From an uncultured Pseudomonadales bacterium (GTDB lineage: Bacteria; Patescibacteriota; Microgenomatia; UBA1400; UBA12028), in assembly GCA_964635905.1 (NCBI GenBank), contig CAZWPK010000003.1:2459-66458 (forward strand): a DNA stretch of 64,000 nt. The letters are read 5' to 3'. The notes beneath the pieces were generated by a model. That model worked only from the letters and a program-made list of their open reading frames with translations, made no database searches and was not told the origin of the DNA. A program made the translations under genes and the position numbers. This document shows positions 9,693 through 20,351 of this stretch, piece by piece; position 1 is the stretch's first letter, and each line of letters begins with the position of its first letter.

Positions 9693-11339
9693 TTAGTCTT
9701 GCATAAAAACCGGCAACACTAATGGCGTTCTGCCAATAATGTCCGTCATACGTCGGGAAACTTGCTTTTCAATGCTTCGTTTAATCGTTTGTTCATCTCC
9801 ACCGAGTTGAATTGCTGACTGGGTTTCTTCCTTAATTGCAGTCACCACTTCGTCTGCCTGACGCATAAAAACAAACCCTCGTGATACAACTTGCGTTTGC
9901 TCTGGGTGATATCCCTGACTATCCTTTGGAATAATCACCACAACCATTCCTTCTTCCGCCATCTGTTTTCTGTCAGCCAACACAACGGTTCCCACATCTC
10001 CAACCCCTAATCCATCCACCATTAATGATTTCAAATTCAAGGTTTCACCCTTTTTTGCTTGACCCGACTCAAACTCAATCACTTGTCCGTCGGTGGGAAG
10101 CAATATCTGATGGTTTTTATATCCCATTTTTAAGGACATCCGTTCGTATTCAATCCGATGACGATCGCTCCCTCCAATTGGCATCAGATACTTCGGTTTT
10201 GTTAACGCCATCAGCAGTTTCTGTTCCGTTGCACTTGCGTGTCCACTTGTGTGCAGTCCTGTGTCAACATCTGAATACGCCACATCAATACGATTTCGAG
10301 AAAGCTCATCGATTGCTTCGTAAACATTATTTTCATTTCCCGGAATTGGCTCAGTGGCAAAAACTACTTTATCATTGGGTTTAATCGCCAGCATTGGATG
10401 TTCACCAGAAATCGCTCGAACTAATGAGCTTCCAGGCTGACCTTGACTGCCTGCTACACATACGACGAGATCTTTATCCGCATACTGATCCATTTTCTTT
10501 TTATGGACGATCATGCTTTTAGGGATATTGAGAACGCCAAGCTGCAACGCAATCTCTACGTTTTGTTCTACCGATCTTCCCACAAATACTAACTTTCGAT
10601 CGAATTCCTGGGCAACTTCAGCCAACAGCTGAATGCGGTGTAAGTTTGACGACATCAATGTAACGATATATTTACCTTCACACGCTGTAATCTCTCGAAC
10701 AAAAGATTCATACAACATCTCTTCCGATGGAGCCCAACCGGTACGTTCCACGCGTAAACAGTCCGATAGTAAGCACAGAACCCCACGTTCCCCTGCCTGC
10801 GTCATTGCCGCAAAATCTGGAAGTTTCCCATCAACTGGGGTAAGGTCAAACTTGAAATCAGAACCATGGTACACAATACCCTCTGGTGTATCGATCACGA
10901 TGTGGGTGGTGTGCGGAATGGAATGTGTCACATGGACAAATTCTGGTCGAAAACTCCCTAAAGAAATGGGTTTTGTATAGGGGGCAACGAATACCTCTTT
11001 ATTTATTCCTCCATCTTGTAGTCTGGCCATCGCAAAGTTTGCGGTCAGCTCAGATCCATAGATTGGAAAGTCTGGAAGTTGAGAAATGATATAGGGCAAT
11101 GCAGCAATATGATCGTCATGACCATGCGTCAGACACATACCAACGATCGTCGCACCCTCATTCACTCGCTTGAGAACATATGAAACATCAGGAATTAGAA
11201 CGTCTACTCCTAACATAGATGTTTCCGGGAAGCCAATTCCACAGTCTACCAATAAAATGTCATCCTCATACTCATAGGCAAACATGTTTTTGGTAACATT
11301 TCCCATTCCACCTAAGGGAATAATTCGTAATTTACTCAT
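9693..11339 (-). CDS. rnj: Ribonuclease J (metallo-beta-lactamase/beta-CASP)
   Basis: The protein has an HGHDDH motif, starts MSKLRIIPLGGMGNVTKN and has a beta-CASP region. The track start at 11432 adds a 31-aa extension (MCYHTTITT...) that I consider unlikely. I placed the ATG at 11339. Confidence 0.85.
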   Translation of the reverse strand: MSKLRIIPLGGMGNVTKNMFAYEYEDDILLVDCGIGFPETSMLGVDVLIPDVSYVLKRVNEGATIVGMCLTHGHDDHIAALPYIISQLPDFPIYGSELTANFAMARLQDGGINKEVFVAPYTKPISLGSFRPEFVHVTHSIPHTTHIVIDTPEGIVYHGSDFKFDLTPVDGKLPDFAAMTQAGERGVLCLLSDCLRVERTGWAPSEEMLYESFVREITACEGKYIVTLMSSNLHRIQLLAEVAQEFDRKLVFVGRSVEQNVEIALQLGVLNIPKSMIVHKKKMDQYADKDLVVCVAGSQGQPGSSLVRAISGEHPMLAIKPNDKVVFATEPIPGNENNVYEAIDELSRNRIDVAYSDVDTGLHTSGHASATEQKLLMALTKPKYLMPIGGSDRHRIEYERMSLKMGYKNHQILLPTDGQVIEFESGQAKKGETLNLKSLMVDGLGVGDVGTVVLADRKQMAEEGMVVVIIPKDSQGYHPEQTQVVSRGFVFMRQADEVVTAIKEETQSAIQLGGDEQTIKRSIEKQVSRRMTDIIGRTPLVLPVFMQD

Positions 11340-11466
11340 ATAAGGAGCCCCTTTCAAAACACTACGTTCCCAAAATTTTAACCTTGGGTTCTTGAAAAAT
11401 GATACAGTTGTAATGGTTGTATGGTAGCACAATCTTGATGATTATCTCTGGTAGTACTCATTACTG

Positions 11467-12093
11467 TTAAAATAACGCTTCTTTAATTTCCTCTTCCTTT
11501 GACTTGGCTCCAGATTTTATCCACTCAAGAATTTTAGGCAGTTTATCAAAGTCCCGTTCGAAAGCTTGTCGCATCGCAGTTGACCGTAACGCTGCCGCAG
11601 GATGATAGAGCGGGTAGACAAAATTGTTGCTATTATTCCAAGTTACCTTAAATACTCGACCATGAATCTGTGAAATTTTTGTATCTGGGAAGAATTTCCC
11701 CATCGAAAACCGTCCTACAGTAACAATTAGTTTTGGATTAATAATCGATATTTGACTGTCCAAAAAAGGTCGACAAGCCTCAATCTCTTCTGGGGTGGGA
11801 TCGCGATTTTCCGGTGGACGGTGTTTAACCACGTTGGCGATAAAGACATCCGCTTCCAAAAAACCCACACGACGGATATTGGTTCGAAGTAATTGTCCGC
11901 TTCTCCCCACAAACGGGCGTCCAGAAAGATCCTCATCTTTCCCTGGTGCTTCCCCAATAAACAACAACTCTGCATCGGGATTTCCTTCTCCCGGTACACA
12001 CTTGGTTGCAGACTTTGCGAGATCATACTGTAATTCAGAGGCCATTGTGGTGGCTAATTTCTCCAAAGCGAGTTTTTTTTCTGTAGGCGTCAT
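11467..12093 (-). CDS. Uracil-DNA glycosylase, family 4
   Basis: The GEGNPDAELLFIGEAPGKDEDLSGRPFVGRSGQLL motif is typical of family-4 UDG. Confidence 0.85.
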   Translation of the reverse strand: MTPTEKKLALEKLATTMASELQYDLAKSATKCVPGEGNPDAELLFIGEAPGKDEDLSGRPFVGRSGQLLRTNIRRVGFLEADVFIANVVKHRPPENRDPTPEEIEACRPFLDSQISIINPKLIVTVGRFSMGKFFPDTKISQIHGRVFKVTWNNSNNFVYPLYHPAAALRSTAMRQAFERDFDKLPKILEWIKSGAKSKEEEIKEALF

Positions 12094-12142
12094 GAGGATT
12101 AATCTAACAAATATATGGGGAAAAAGAAACTAATCGCGATAG

Positions 12143-12844
12143 CTATTGGGATCCATAGACAAGTAATGCCATTCCCCAAAAAGCGTGACTGACAACAACT
12201 GAGGAGATGCTTCGTGTTCTCAAAAACAATATTGCTTGACCAAAAGCAAAAAATGCTAATAACAGGAGTGGAGAAAATGCGCCAGACAGGCCTGATCTAA
12301 ACAACAGCACGGGAGCATGAAATAGGATAAAGAGTAGTGTTGTAAGAGCGCTTGAAATCCATTCATTCTGAAATCTTTCTTCCAGGGTAGGGAGAATTAA
12401 GCCATAAAAGAACAATGATTCCCACCATGCCGTCATAAAGGCTAAACCAAATTCACTCCAAAAACGCGAGGCGGTAAAAAGATGCGGAATAAAAACACTA
12501 CCTCGACCAACGGCGCTGGAAACTAAGGCAACAAACGCGAATAGGCCACCGATTGCTAGTCCTTGAAAGGCACCGTTCCAGAATTGTCGACTTTCCAATC
12601 CAAAGAAAGCGGTCGGCTTCTTGGAATATCGCATATACGCCCAGAGAGGTCCACCAAAGATAATCCCCTTAAAAAAGATTTCATCAAACCATACCGGCTG
12701 ATGCACAAAAGCGCGGTATAACAATAAAGAGACAAAACTAAAACAAACAACCGAAACAAAAAAGACTTGGAGCTGGGCTGGTGACAGTTTGTCTGGAGTA
12801 GTCGACAAAGAGTTTGAAGTGAGCATAAGCTTTCCTTCAATCAT
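12143..12844 (-). CDS. CPBP-family intramembrane metalloprotease (CAAX protease/Abi)
   Basis: The protein is multi-TM with an EExxxR-like motif (PTLEERF) and His motifs (LFHAPV, SHAFWG). The track start at 12862 is a TTG. I placed the ATG at 12844. Confidence 0.65.
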   Translation of the reverse strand: MIEGKLMLTSNSLSTTPDKLSPAQLQVFFVSVVCFSFVSLLLYRAFVHQPVWFDEIFFKGIIFGGPLWAYMRYSKKPTAFFGLESRQFWNGAFQGLAIGGLFAFVALVSSAVGRGSVFIPHLFTASRFWSEFGLAFMTAWWESLFFYGLILPTLEERFQNEWISSALTTLLFILFHAPVLLFRSGLSGAFSPLLLLAFFAFGQAILFLRTRSISSVVVSHAFWGMALLVYGSQ

Positions 12845-12879
12845 CCTACGACATGAAGACAAAGCTGTCTATGTGAATT

Positions 12880-13506
12880 CTATTGCGTCCCTTTTAGAAG
12901 GGATAACACCTTTTTTAAAGTTTGCTCACGGTTCGTGCTATAGGTATCAATGACGAGATCATAGAGTTCAGGCCGCCAAAAATTAATGAGATCCTCTTTG
13001 GAGCAGATTCCGGGTTCTACTACCCATTGTGTCCATTCTTTTGCATACATCCGACTCCACTTGCTCAAATTTTGATCATAGCGACTTCGCATGTTTTCTT
13101 TTGCTTCCTGAGTGGTGACATCATCGCGATTCACTATTCTGTCAATTCGGATCGCATCATCACTACAAATAACCAAAACCTTTAAAACATTTTGAAGCCC
13201 TTGTGCTAAGAATCCAGAAAGCCACGACTCAATAATCCATTTTTCCTGCGTATCTAGTTTATTACGCATATCCATGTCAACTTGACGATCAAAGTCATCA
13301 CTATAGTGAGAGCTATCATGATGCAACCCTTTTTGCTGCTCAAAGGAGCCATGTTCTAGTGCGTATTGACGCATAAACTCCCCACCCGAAAACCCTCTCC
13401 AGCCATCCATTGAGAGTTCTTCTCGTAATAATCGCAACAACGTTGTTGATCCGCCGCCTGGTAAACCTGAGATTGTAATGTTTTCGTACTTATAGTGATG
13501 ATCCAT
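12880..13506 (-). CDS. Cytidylate-kinase-like family protein with a degenerate P-loop
   Basis: The N-terminus reads ITISGLPGGGSTTLLRLL. This is a Walker-A-like glycine loop in which Ser replaces the conserved Lys (GGGSTT instead of GxGK[ST]T). The protein is 208 aa. Confidence 0.45.
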   Translation of the reverse strand: MDHHYKYENITISGLPGGGSTTLLRLLREELSMDGWRGFSGGEFMRQYALEHGSFEQQKGLHHDSSHYSDDFDRQVDMDMRNKLDTQEKWIIESWLSGFLAQGLQNVLKVLVICSDDAIRIDRIVNRDDVTTQEAKENMRSRYDQNLSKWSRMYAKEWTQWVVEPGICSKEDLINFWRPELYDLVIDTYSTNREQTLKKVLSLLKGTQ

Positions 13507-14062
13507 ATCCCCTCTTTTGTTTGGATGGTTGTGCAGCTATTGTACTGCTTTTTGAAAAAAACTCGCTTTCTCTTAAATTATTTCCACAGCGCACAGCCTC
13601 TGTCATTGCTTCACTCAGCTGAAGAAGTTTTTCTTTGGCCACTGTCAAAGGCATGGGAATTTCATCATCAAAATAAAAGTGAAAGATACGATTTCGACAT
13701 TCAACCCAAGCATCCCAAATTAAGCGTGCAGTTTTGGGTGAACACGCACGTTCTAGATCATCATAAAACCACCATTCATCCTTATGTTGTGGTGAAATAT
13801 CGGGATTTAGGGCACGTCCAATCCGAAATTTATGATCTTGATACCCTTTTTTTGGTAAAATTCCCATCTGATGTAAGTAGGACTTAATAAAGCCTTCATA
13901 CGCTTTTGCCATTGGGAACACAACAAAAGAGTAACTTGCAAACGACGAATGTAAACGGGTTTCTCGATCGTAGAGCTCTTGAGAGATTACCACGAGTCGT
14001 TGACCATGGTCGGGCAAAAACGGAAACCATGATTCTTGCTGAAATGATAAAAGAGTTGACAT
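13490..14062 (-). CDS. Hypothetical alpha-helical protein (possible HEPN-like Rx4-6H motif)
   Basis: This 190-aa ORF has its ATG at 14062 and overlaps the downstream kinase-like gene by 17 nt. It contains an RNRIFH motif. Confidence 0.35.
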   Translation of the reverse strand: MSTLLSFQQESWFPFLPDHGQRLVVISQELYDRETRLHSSFASYSFVVFPMAKAYEGFIKSYLHQMGILPKKGYQDHKFRIGRALNPDISPQHKDEWWFYDDLERACSPKTARLIWDAWVECRNRIFHFYFDDEIPMPLTVAKEKLLQLSEAMTEAVRCGNNLRESEFFSKSSTIAAQPSKQKRGYGSSL

Positions 14063-14152
14063 GCAGTAGATTAAACACGACTCCGTCCGTAGTTGCTAGG
14101 AATAAACTGGTGAAAGGAGGCTTTCACCAGAGATATCTGGTACAATCTTTCT

Positions 14153-16636
14153 ATGAAACGAAGTAGTTCCTCCGCAACAGAACCAGCAAGCAAGAACTCT
14201 AGAAAAGCTGCGCGGTTCGTACTTCTTCCCATCCTATCAATGTTCAAAACTACTCTTAAAAAAATGATACGTTTGATACCAAATCGACGTAAACGTCAGT
14301 CATTCTTCTCCCGTCGTCCTTTTTCTCATGGGCCTCACAACAACACCTCGAGTTTACCCAGTAAGACACAGCGCTCATCCCCAGTAAAATTTGTTTCCTT
14401 ACGGTTAATCCTCTTTATTGTTATAACAATCCTCGCCGCTACTCTGTTGGGTGCGATTGCGTTCTTTTTCAAAGATCTCCCCTCTCCCACCACCCTCCGT
14501 GGGACTGATTACCCTGTTAGTAGTAAAATTTTGGATCGAAATGGAAATTTGCTCTACGAGATCTATGCAGACAAAAACAGAACTCCAATAAAACTGTCTG
14601 ACCTTCCTCCACATGTCTATCAAGCTTCCATAGCGATTGAAGACCAGCGTTTTTATCACCATTTTGGTTTTGATCTCGAAGGTATTGCTCGAGCACTTCG
14701 CAATACTATTTTCAAACAACGACTACAAGGTGGTTCCACAATTACCCAGCAATTAGTAAAGACGACACTCTTAAATAGAGAGCGAACAATTCAGAGAAAA
14801 ATCAAAGAAGCCGTTCTCACAGTCTTAACAGAAATCATGTATAACAAAGACGATATTCTGGAAATGTATTTAAACCATATCCCGTATGGTGGGACAGCGT
14901 ACGGGATAGAATCAGCAGCAAGAACCTTCTTTGACAAGTCAGCCAAGGACCTCACTCTTTCGGAAAGCGCACTACTGGCCGGTCTACCGCAAGCACCTAG
15001 CACCTATTCTCCATTTGGAAACAAGTCGGAACGGGCGAAAACCAGACAGAAAGAAGTTCTTCGCCGAATGATTGAAGAAGGTTACATTACCCAGGATGTG
15101 GCGGATAAAGCTTCTGAGGAAACGCTCCACTATGCCACCAATAAAATTGATATCAAAGCACCACACTTTGTTTTCTATGTAAAAGATTTGCTCGAAGAAA
15201 AATATTCTTCGTATGTCGTAGAGCATGGGGGGTTACGCGTAACAACCACTCTTGATTTATCCATCCAAGAAAAAGCGCAAGCTACGGTCGCCGCAGAATT
15301 GAAAAAACTTTCTCGCTATCGAGTTGGAAATGGCGCCGCACTTGTCACGAATCCTGGAACGGGAGAAATTTTAGCGATGGTCGGGAGTAAAGATTATTTT
15401 GATGCGACGGAGGATGGACAAGTAAATGTGACCATTCGAGAACGACAACCTGGATCATCGATCAAGCCACTAAACTATGTTACCGCAATGGAGCTCGGGA
15501 AAATCACCCCTGGCACAATGTTTCTCGATATTCCCACCTGTTTTCAGGTTGATGGGCAACCTCTGTACTGTCCAAAAAATTACGATGGGACATTTAAAGG
15601 TCCTACGCAGGTACGATTTGCGTTAGGAAATTCCAATAACATCATCGCTGTTAAAACCTTAGCGCTAAACGGAATTGAAAATTTTATTGCAACTGCCTCA
15701 GCAATGGGAATCTCAACTTGGAAAGATCAAAGTCGATACGGGTTATCATTAACATTAGGTGGTGGAGAAGTGACAATGTTGGACTTGGCTACAGCGTATG
15801 GAACGCTAGCGAATCAAGGAGTGCGTGTTAACCTCACCCCAATTCTAAAAGTAGAAGATTATACGGGAAAAGTGTTAGAGGAACACAATCCTCAAACAAC
15901 CCTTGATGAATTAAAAGATTTAACGACAGAGAATGCATCCCCTTCCGGCACGTTTGATTTGAGCAAACCCATCGAACGCGTCCTTCACCGAGCAAATGCG
16001 TATTTAACCTCTCATATCTTGCTAGACAACAACGCTCGAACGGGAGCATTTGGACCAAATTCTCAACTTGTCATTCCGAAACAAATTGTTTCTGTAAAGA
16101 CAGGAACCACGAATGATTTACGGGATAACTGGACCGTAGGGTACACTCCTGAAATTCTTACCGCCGTGTGGGTGGGAAACAACAATAATAGCCCAATGAA
16201 TAGATCACTTGTCTCTGGAGTAACAGGGGCTGCTCCAATTTGGAATGGGATTATGCGCGAAATTTTACGTGGCAAAAACGAGGTCTGGCCCGAAAAACCT
16301 GACGATGTCGTTTCCTCCAATATCTGTGTGACATCTGGGCTACTGCCGTCAACAGAAGGAGCGTGTCCAACGCGATCGGAATTCTTTTGGAAAGCAACAC
16401 TCCCAACCGCAAGCGATATTTTGACGAAAGAAGTTTGGATCAATCCCACAACAGGGCTACCTCCTAAAGAAGGTGAATCTACCGATGGATTACAGATCCA
16501 GCGACGCTTATTCTTATCGGATCCCTTAACAGCGGAATACTGTGTGGATTGTTATCCAGTCAGTACTGAAAGTGGGTCTCCGCAATACGGTCAGACCATC
16601 ATTCCTTTTGGTAAACGACGACAACGTAATGAATAA
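14153..16636 (+). CDS. Class A penicillin-binding protein (PBP1A-type transglycosylase/transpeptidase)
   Basis: GT51 motifs EDQRFYHHFG and GGSTITQQLVK are present. The transpeptidase motifs are SGSSIKP (SxxK) and KTGTTND (KTG). The protein has a TM anchor. Confidence 0.9.
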   Translation: MKRSSSSATEPASKNSRKAARFVLLPILSMFKTTLKKMIRLIPNRRKRQSFFSRRPFSHGPHNNTSSLPSKTQRSSPVKFVSLRLILFIVITILAATLLGAIAFFFKDLPSPTTLRGTDYPVSSKILDRNGNLLYEIYADKNRTPIKLSDLPPHVYQASIAIEDQRFYHHFGFDLEGIARALRNTIFKQRLQGGSTITQQLVKTTLLNRERTIQRKIKEAVLTVLTEIMYNKDDILEMYLNHIPYGGTAYGIESAARTFFDKSAKDLTLSESALLAGLPQAPSTYSPFGNKSERAKTRQKEVLRRMIEEGYITQDVADKASEETLHYATNKIDIKAPHFVFYVKDLLEEKYSSYVVEHGGLRVTTTLDLSIQEKAQATVAAELKKLSRYRVGNGAALVTNPGTGEILAMVGSKDYFDATEDGQVNVTIRERQPGSSIKPLNYVTAMELGKITPGTMFLDIPTCFQVDGQPLYCPKNYDGTFKGPTQVRFALGNSNNIIAVKTLALNGIENFIATASAMGISTWKDQSRYGLSLTLGGGEVTMLDLATAYGTLANQGVRVNLTPILKVEDYTGKVLEEHNPQTTLDELKDLTTENASPSGTFDLSKPIERVLHRANAYLTSHILLDNNARTGAFGPNSQLVIPKQIVSVKTGTTNDLRDNWTVGYTPEILTAVWVGNNNNSPMNRSLVSGVTGAAPIWNGIMREILRGKNEVWPEKPDDVVSSNICVTSGLLPSTEGACPTRSEFFWKATLPTASDILTKEVWINPTTGLPPKEGESTDGLQIQRRLFLSDPLTAEYCVDCYPVSTESGSPQYGQTIIPFGKRRQRNE

Positions 16637-16656
16637 TAGTGATTACTAACTCATTG

Positions 16657-17841
16657 ATGAAACGTTTTGCATTAATCGGTACACTTATTTCACTTGCCTT
16701 TCTACTGGGGATTGCGGTTGTTGTAGTCGTTACTAAAATTCCAACACGCTCAACTTCAGTTCCCCTGTTTTCTCAACCTGAATCTGAGAACACTGCAGTC
16801 GTAAAACCGTCGACAACTCCTTTTGTTGTGTATGGGTATCTGCCGTACTGGAATACAAATAAAGCACGTTTCCCTACTTCGATTACCCATGTTTCCTATT
16901 TTTCACTTACCATTCAGCAAGATGGGTCCTTACTTTCAGTTCCTAAAGAGAAGCAAGATCCCGGCTATCGTAAATTCCAACAGGGATACTTAACCACACT
17001 TAATGAGAACTTATCACCTGGCCAAAAAATTGAACTAACCCTCTCAATGATGGAACAAGAGGAAATCCCTGTTTTCATTCATAATCCCGACGCCCAACAG
17101 CGGCTTATTCAAGACGTACTTTCACTCCAAAAAGACTATCCTCTCTCCGGAATAAATATTGACATTGAATACAATGGGTCCGTCACTCCCACTCTGCAAA
17201 ACGATCTAGTGACACTATTATCCAATTTAAGAAAAGCAACAAAAGCAGTCGATCAAAATTTCTCTTTGTCGATGGCAGTCTATGGTGATTCTGGGAACTC
17301 ACATCGACTTACTGAACTTGCGCTAACAGCTCCCCACGTAGACTACATCGTGGTCATGACGTACGATTACCATCGTCGCTCATCTCCGCGTTCAGGCCCC
17401 GTATCTCCAGTCTATGGAAAAACGGAAGGAAAATGGGAAGGAGATATTATGGAAGATCTCCAGCGGATACGACAAAAAGTTCCCGCAGAAAAAATTCTGC
17501 TAGGCATTCCGTTTTATGGATATGAATGGTCGGTTGAGGACGCTTTTAATCCGCAATCGTTTACATTACCACGTAGTGGAGCTACGGCGAGTTACGAACG
17601 AGTTTTACAGCTTCTAGAGTCACCAGGTACGACAGTTTTTTGGGATAGCATTGCACTCTCTCCCTACTTACAGTATGAAAAGAATGGTATTACTCAACGA
17701 GTATACTATGATAATCCACTCTCCCTGTCCTATAAGCTTGACCTCGTCCGAAAGGCTGGTTTTGGGGGAATTGCGATTTGGGCACTTGGATATGAAGGCA
17801 ATTCCACTGATCTTTGGGACGTAATCACATCCAACCTATAA
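16657..17841 (+). CDS. GH18-family (chitinase-like/YaaH-like) secreted protein
   Basis: The catalytic-region motif LSGINIDIEY matches DxxDxDxE. The protein has a signal anchor (MKRFALIGTLISLAFLLG). The track start at 16639 is a GTG lying 2 nt after the PBP stop. The ATG at 16657 is preferred. Confidence 0.6.
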   Translation: MKRFALIGTLISLAFLLGIAVVVVVTKIPTRSTSVPLFSQPESENTAVVKPSTTPFVVYGYLPYWNTNKARFPTSITHVSYFSLTIQQDGSLLSVPKEKQDPGYRKFQQGYLTTLNENLSPGQKIELTLSMMEQEEIPVFIHNPDAQQRLIQDVLSLQKDYPLSGINIDIEYNGSVTPTLQNDLVTLLSNLRKATKAVDQNFSLSMAVYGDSGNSHRLTELALTAPHVDYIVVMTYDYHRRSSPRSGPVSPVYGKTEGKWEGDIMEDLQRIRQKVPAEKILLGIPFYGYEWSVEDAFNPQSFTLPRSGATASYERVLQLLESPGTTVFWDSIALSPYLQYEKNGITQRVYYDNPLSLSYKLDLVRKAGFGGIAIWALGYEGNSTDLWDVITSNL

Positions 17842-17897
17842 TTTCACTCCAACTCCCTATTTCAACTTCTTAATTGCTTTGCTAGTATTCGCCCAAC

Positions 17898-20351
17898 ATG
17901 GGTGAAAAAACTCTGGTTAATAACCATAAGAATCTATTCAGTTGGGTCGGAAAACCCCTATACTACCTACTATTATTAGTGGGGTTTATAATAGGAACGA
18001 TAATTTTTCTCTGCGTTAAATTCAGTTCGCGAATAATCCCAATCATCGTTTCGTCCAGTCGTTCTTTTTTCCACTTCGATCGGGAAATCTATCAGACTTA
18101 TAAGATTAAAACCCGCGGTGTTCTCCAGAATACTCGAGAGGGTGTTTTTTGGACACTGCAGCAGTTATTTCGGGTGACACGAAGAGTCCCTTCCTATACC
18201 CGTCATCTTTTTTCTCGTCCACTCTTCTCCCACCCCTACCTACTGCTCTTTAATAAAATCTGGTTACCTTTGGCAGTGTTCGGTATTGTGACTCTTTCAA
18301 TTGGTAATGTTTTTTTTGGCATCTATGATGGCGTTGTAAAGAACCTTCCTCAAGCATCGTTGCTACGCACTCATACGCCTCCGCTAACAACAAGAATTTA
18401 TGACCGCAACGGAATCTTGCTCTATAGCATTTTTAAAGATGAGAACAGAAGCTTGATCAAACTCTTTGAACTTCCTTCCTACCTCCCACAAGCATTCGTA
18501 TCCATGGAAGATCAGGAGTTTTTTGAGCATAAGGGAATATCATTTAGAGGACTAGCTCGAGCAGCTCAGGTTTTCTTTTTTGAACCGTGGCATACGGAAG
18601 GTGGCTCCACCATAACCCAGCAACTTGTAAAGAACATTTTTCTTACCAACGAACGAACTTTTTCCCGAAAACTAAAAGAAATGATTATTGCTATTCAAGT
18701 AGAGCGTGAATTTAGTAAAGAAGAAATTCTTGAAATGTATTTAAATGAAGTTTCTTTTGGTGGATCGATTTACGGCGTTGAAGAAGCTGCAAAAACGTAT
18801 TTTGGCAAGCATGCTAAAGAGCTTTCATTAGAAGAGAGTGCGTTTTTAGCAGGACTTCCTCAAGCTCCAAGCGTATACACCCCCTATGGGACGCACCCAG
18901 AATTGGGAATTGCACGGCAACAGGAGGTGTTACGACGTCTATTTGAAGATGGGAAAATCAGCGCGATTCAATTTGAGCAAAGTAAGACCACCCAACTTTC
19001 CTTTGTCCATACTAAAAACGACATCAAAGCCCCACACTTTGTCATGTATGTCCGAGAAAAACTTGCCAAAGAGCTTGGGGAACAGGTTGTGGCTCAAGGT
19101 GGGTTGGAGGTCTATACGACGCTGGATTTAAATCTTCAAACAAAGGTCCAAGATATTGTGACCAAAGAAGTCAATTCTCTAAAAAACTTACGTATCTCCA
19201 ATGGTGCAGCCTTAGTTACCGATCCTCGGACTGGAGAAATTTTGGCCATGGTCGGAAGTAAAGATTATTACGACTCCAAAAATGATGGGCAAGTAAATGT
19301 AACACAGCGACCACGACAACCGGGCAGTGCGATCAAGCCACTCACGTATGCGACCGCTTTTGAACGCGGCTTTACTCCTGCGACCTTAATTGAGGATAGC
19401 CCCCTAACAGTCGCCATTGCAGGCAGTAAGCCATACTCTCCGGTAAACTACGACAACTCGTACCACGGCAATGTCTCCGTGCGTCGGGCTCTGGCTTCCT
19501 CCTATAATATCCCCGCTGTAAAAACGCTTATGAGTATTGGAGTCCCTAATCTCATTGAAAAAGCAAAAAGTATGGGAATTTCTACCTGGACGAACCCTAC
19601 TCGCTATGGACTATCGATCACACTTGGTGCTGCGGAGGTCTATATGACGGATATGAGTGCTGCGTATAGTACGTTTGTGAATGGTGGAGTTACGGTCCCC
19701 CTTCAATATGTAAAAGAGATTAAAGATTCCTCTGGAAAGACCGTTGTCTATAATCCCTGTATCCAAACCAAAGCCCCTTGTGGAGGTAAAAAAACACTCG
19801 ATCCGCGGATTGCATACCAAATTGTCTCAATCTTATCTGATAATGTGGCTAGATCCCCTGCTTTTGGACTCCACTCCGTCCTCAATATCCCGAATCAACA
19901 AGTCATGGTAAAGACAGGCACCACCAATGGTTTGCGTGATAACTGGACTTTTGGCGGAACAACGGAGCGACTCGTGGCAACCTGGGTAGGGAATAATGAT
20001 AACTCTCCAATGAGTAAAGTAACCTCAGGAGTAATTGGTGCGAGTCCAATTTGGTCCAAAATCATGAACCAGCTTCTAGTTGAAAAATCCCCCCATGTGT
20101 TCCCCATCCCTGATGGAATTGTGAAAATGAGTATCTGTGGTTCAAGTGGAAAGATTGCCTGTGGAAACTGTGGTTCATCTTATGATGAATATTTCTTGCC
20201 CGGAACTGAACCGGCGATGGACTGTCGCTATATTGCCCAAGAAGAAAGTCAGAGTCCAGAACTAAAAACCGATGTAAACCACTTTGGGAACGCAACGAGT
20301 AATCCCACTATTGCCCCGCAAGTTAATCCAAGAAATCGTCAATCTCGATAA
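17898..20351 (+). CDS. Class A penicillin-binding protein (second PBP1A-type), with a long N-terminal membrane region
   Basis: GT51 motifs EDQEFFEHKG and GGSTITQQLVK are present. Transpeptidase motifs are PGSAIKP and KTGTTNG. The protein has two N-terminal hydrophobic segments. Confidence 0.9.
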   Translation: MGEKTLVNNHKNLFSWVGKPLYYLLLLVGFIIGTIIFLCVKFSSRIIPIIVSSSRSFFHFDREIYQTYKIKTRGVLQNTREGVFWTLQQLFRVTRRVPSYTRHLFSRPLFSHPYLLLFNKIWLPLAVFGIVTLSIGNVFFGIYDGVVKNLPQASLLRTHTPPLTTRIYDRNGILLYSIFKDENRSLIKLFELPSYLPQAFVSMEDQEFFEHKGISFRGLARAAQVFFFEPWHTEGGSTITQQLVKNIFLTNERTFSRKLKEMIIAIQVEREFSKEEILEMYLNEVSFGGSIYGVEEAAKTYFGKHAKELSLEESAFLAGLPQAPSVYTPYGTHPELGIARQQEVLRRLFEDGKISAIQFEQSKTTQLSFVHTKNDIKAPHFVMYVREKLAKELGEQVVAQGGLEVYTTLDLNLQTKVQDIVTKEVNSLKNLRISNGAALVTDPRTGEILAMVGSKDYYDSKNDGQVNVTQRPRQPGSAIKPLTYATAFERGFTPATLIEDSPLTVAIAGSKPYSPVNYDNSYHGNVSVRRALASSYNIPAVKTLMSIGVPNLIEKAKSMGISTWTNPTRYGLSITLGAAEVYMTDMSAAYSTFVNGGVTVPLQYVKEIKDSSGKTVVYNPCIQTKAPCGGKKTLDPRIAYQIVSILSDNVARSPAFGLHSVLNIPNQQVMVKTGTTNGLRDNWTFGGTTERLVATWVGNNDNSPMSKVTSGVIGASPIWSKIMNQLLVEKSPHVFPIPDGIVKMSICGSSGKIACGNCGSSYDEYFLPGTEPAMDCRYIAQEESQSPELKTDVNHFGNATSNPTIAPQVNPRNRQSR

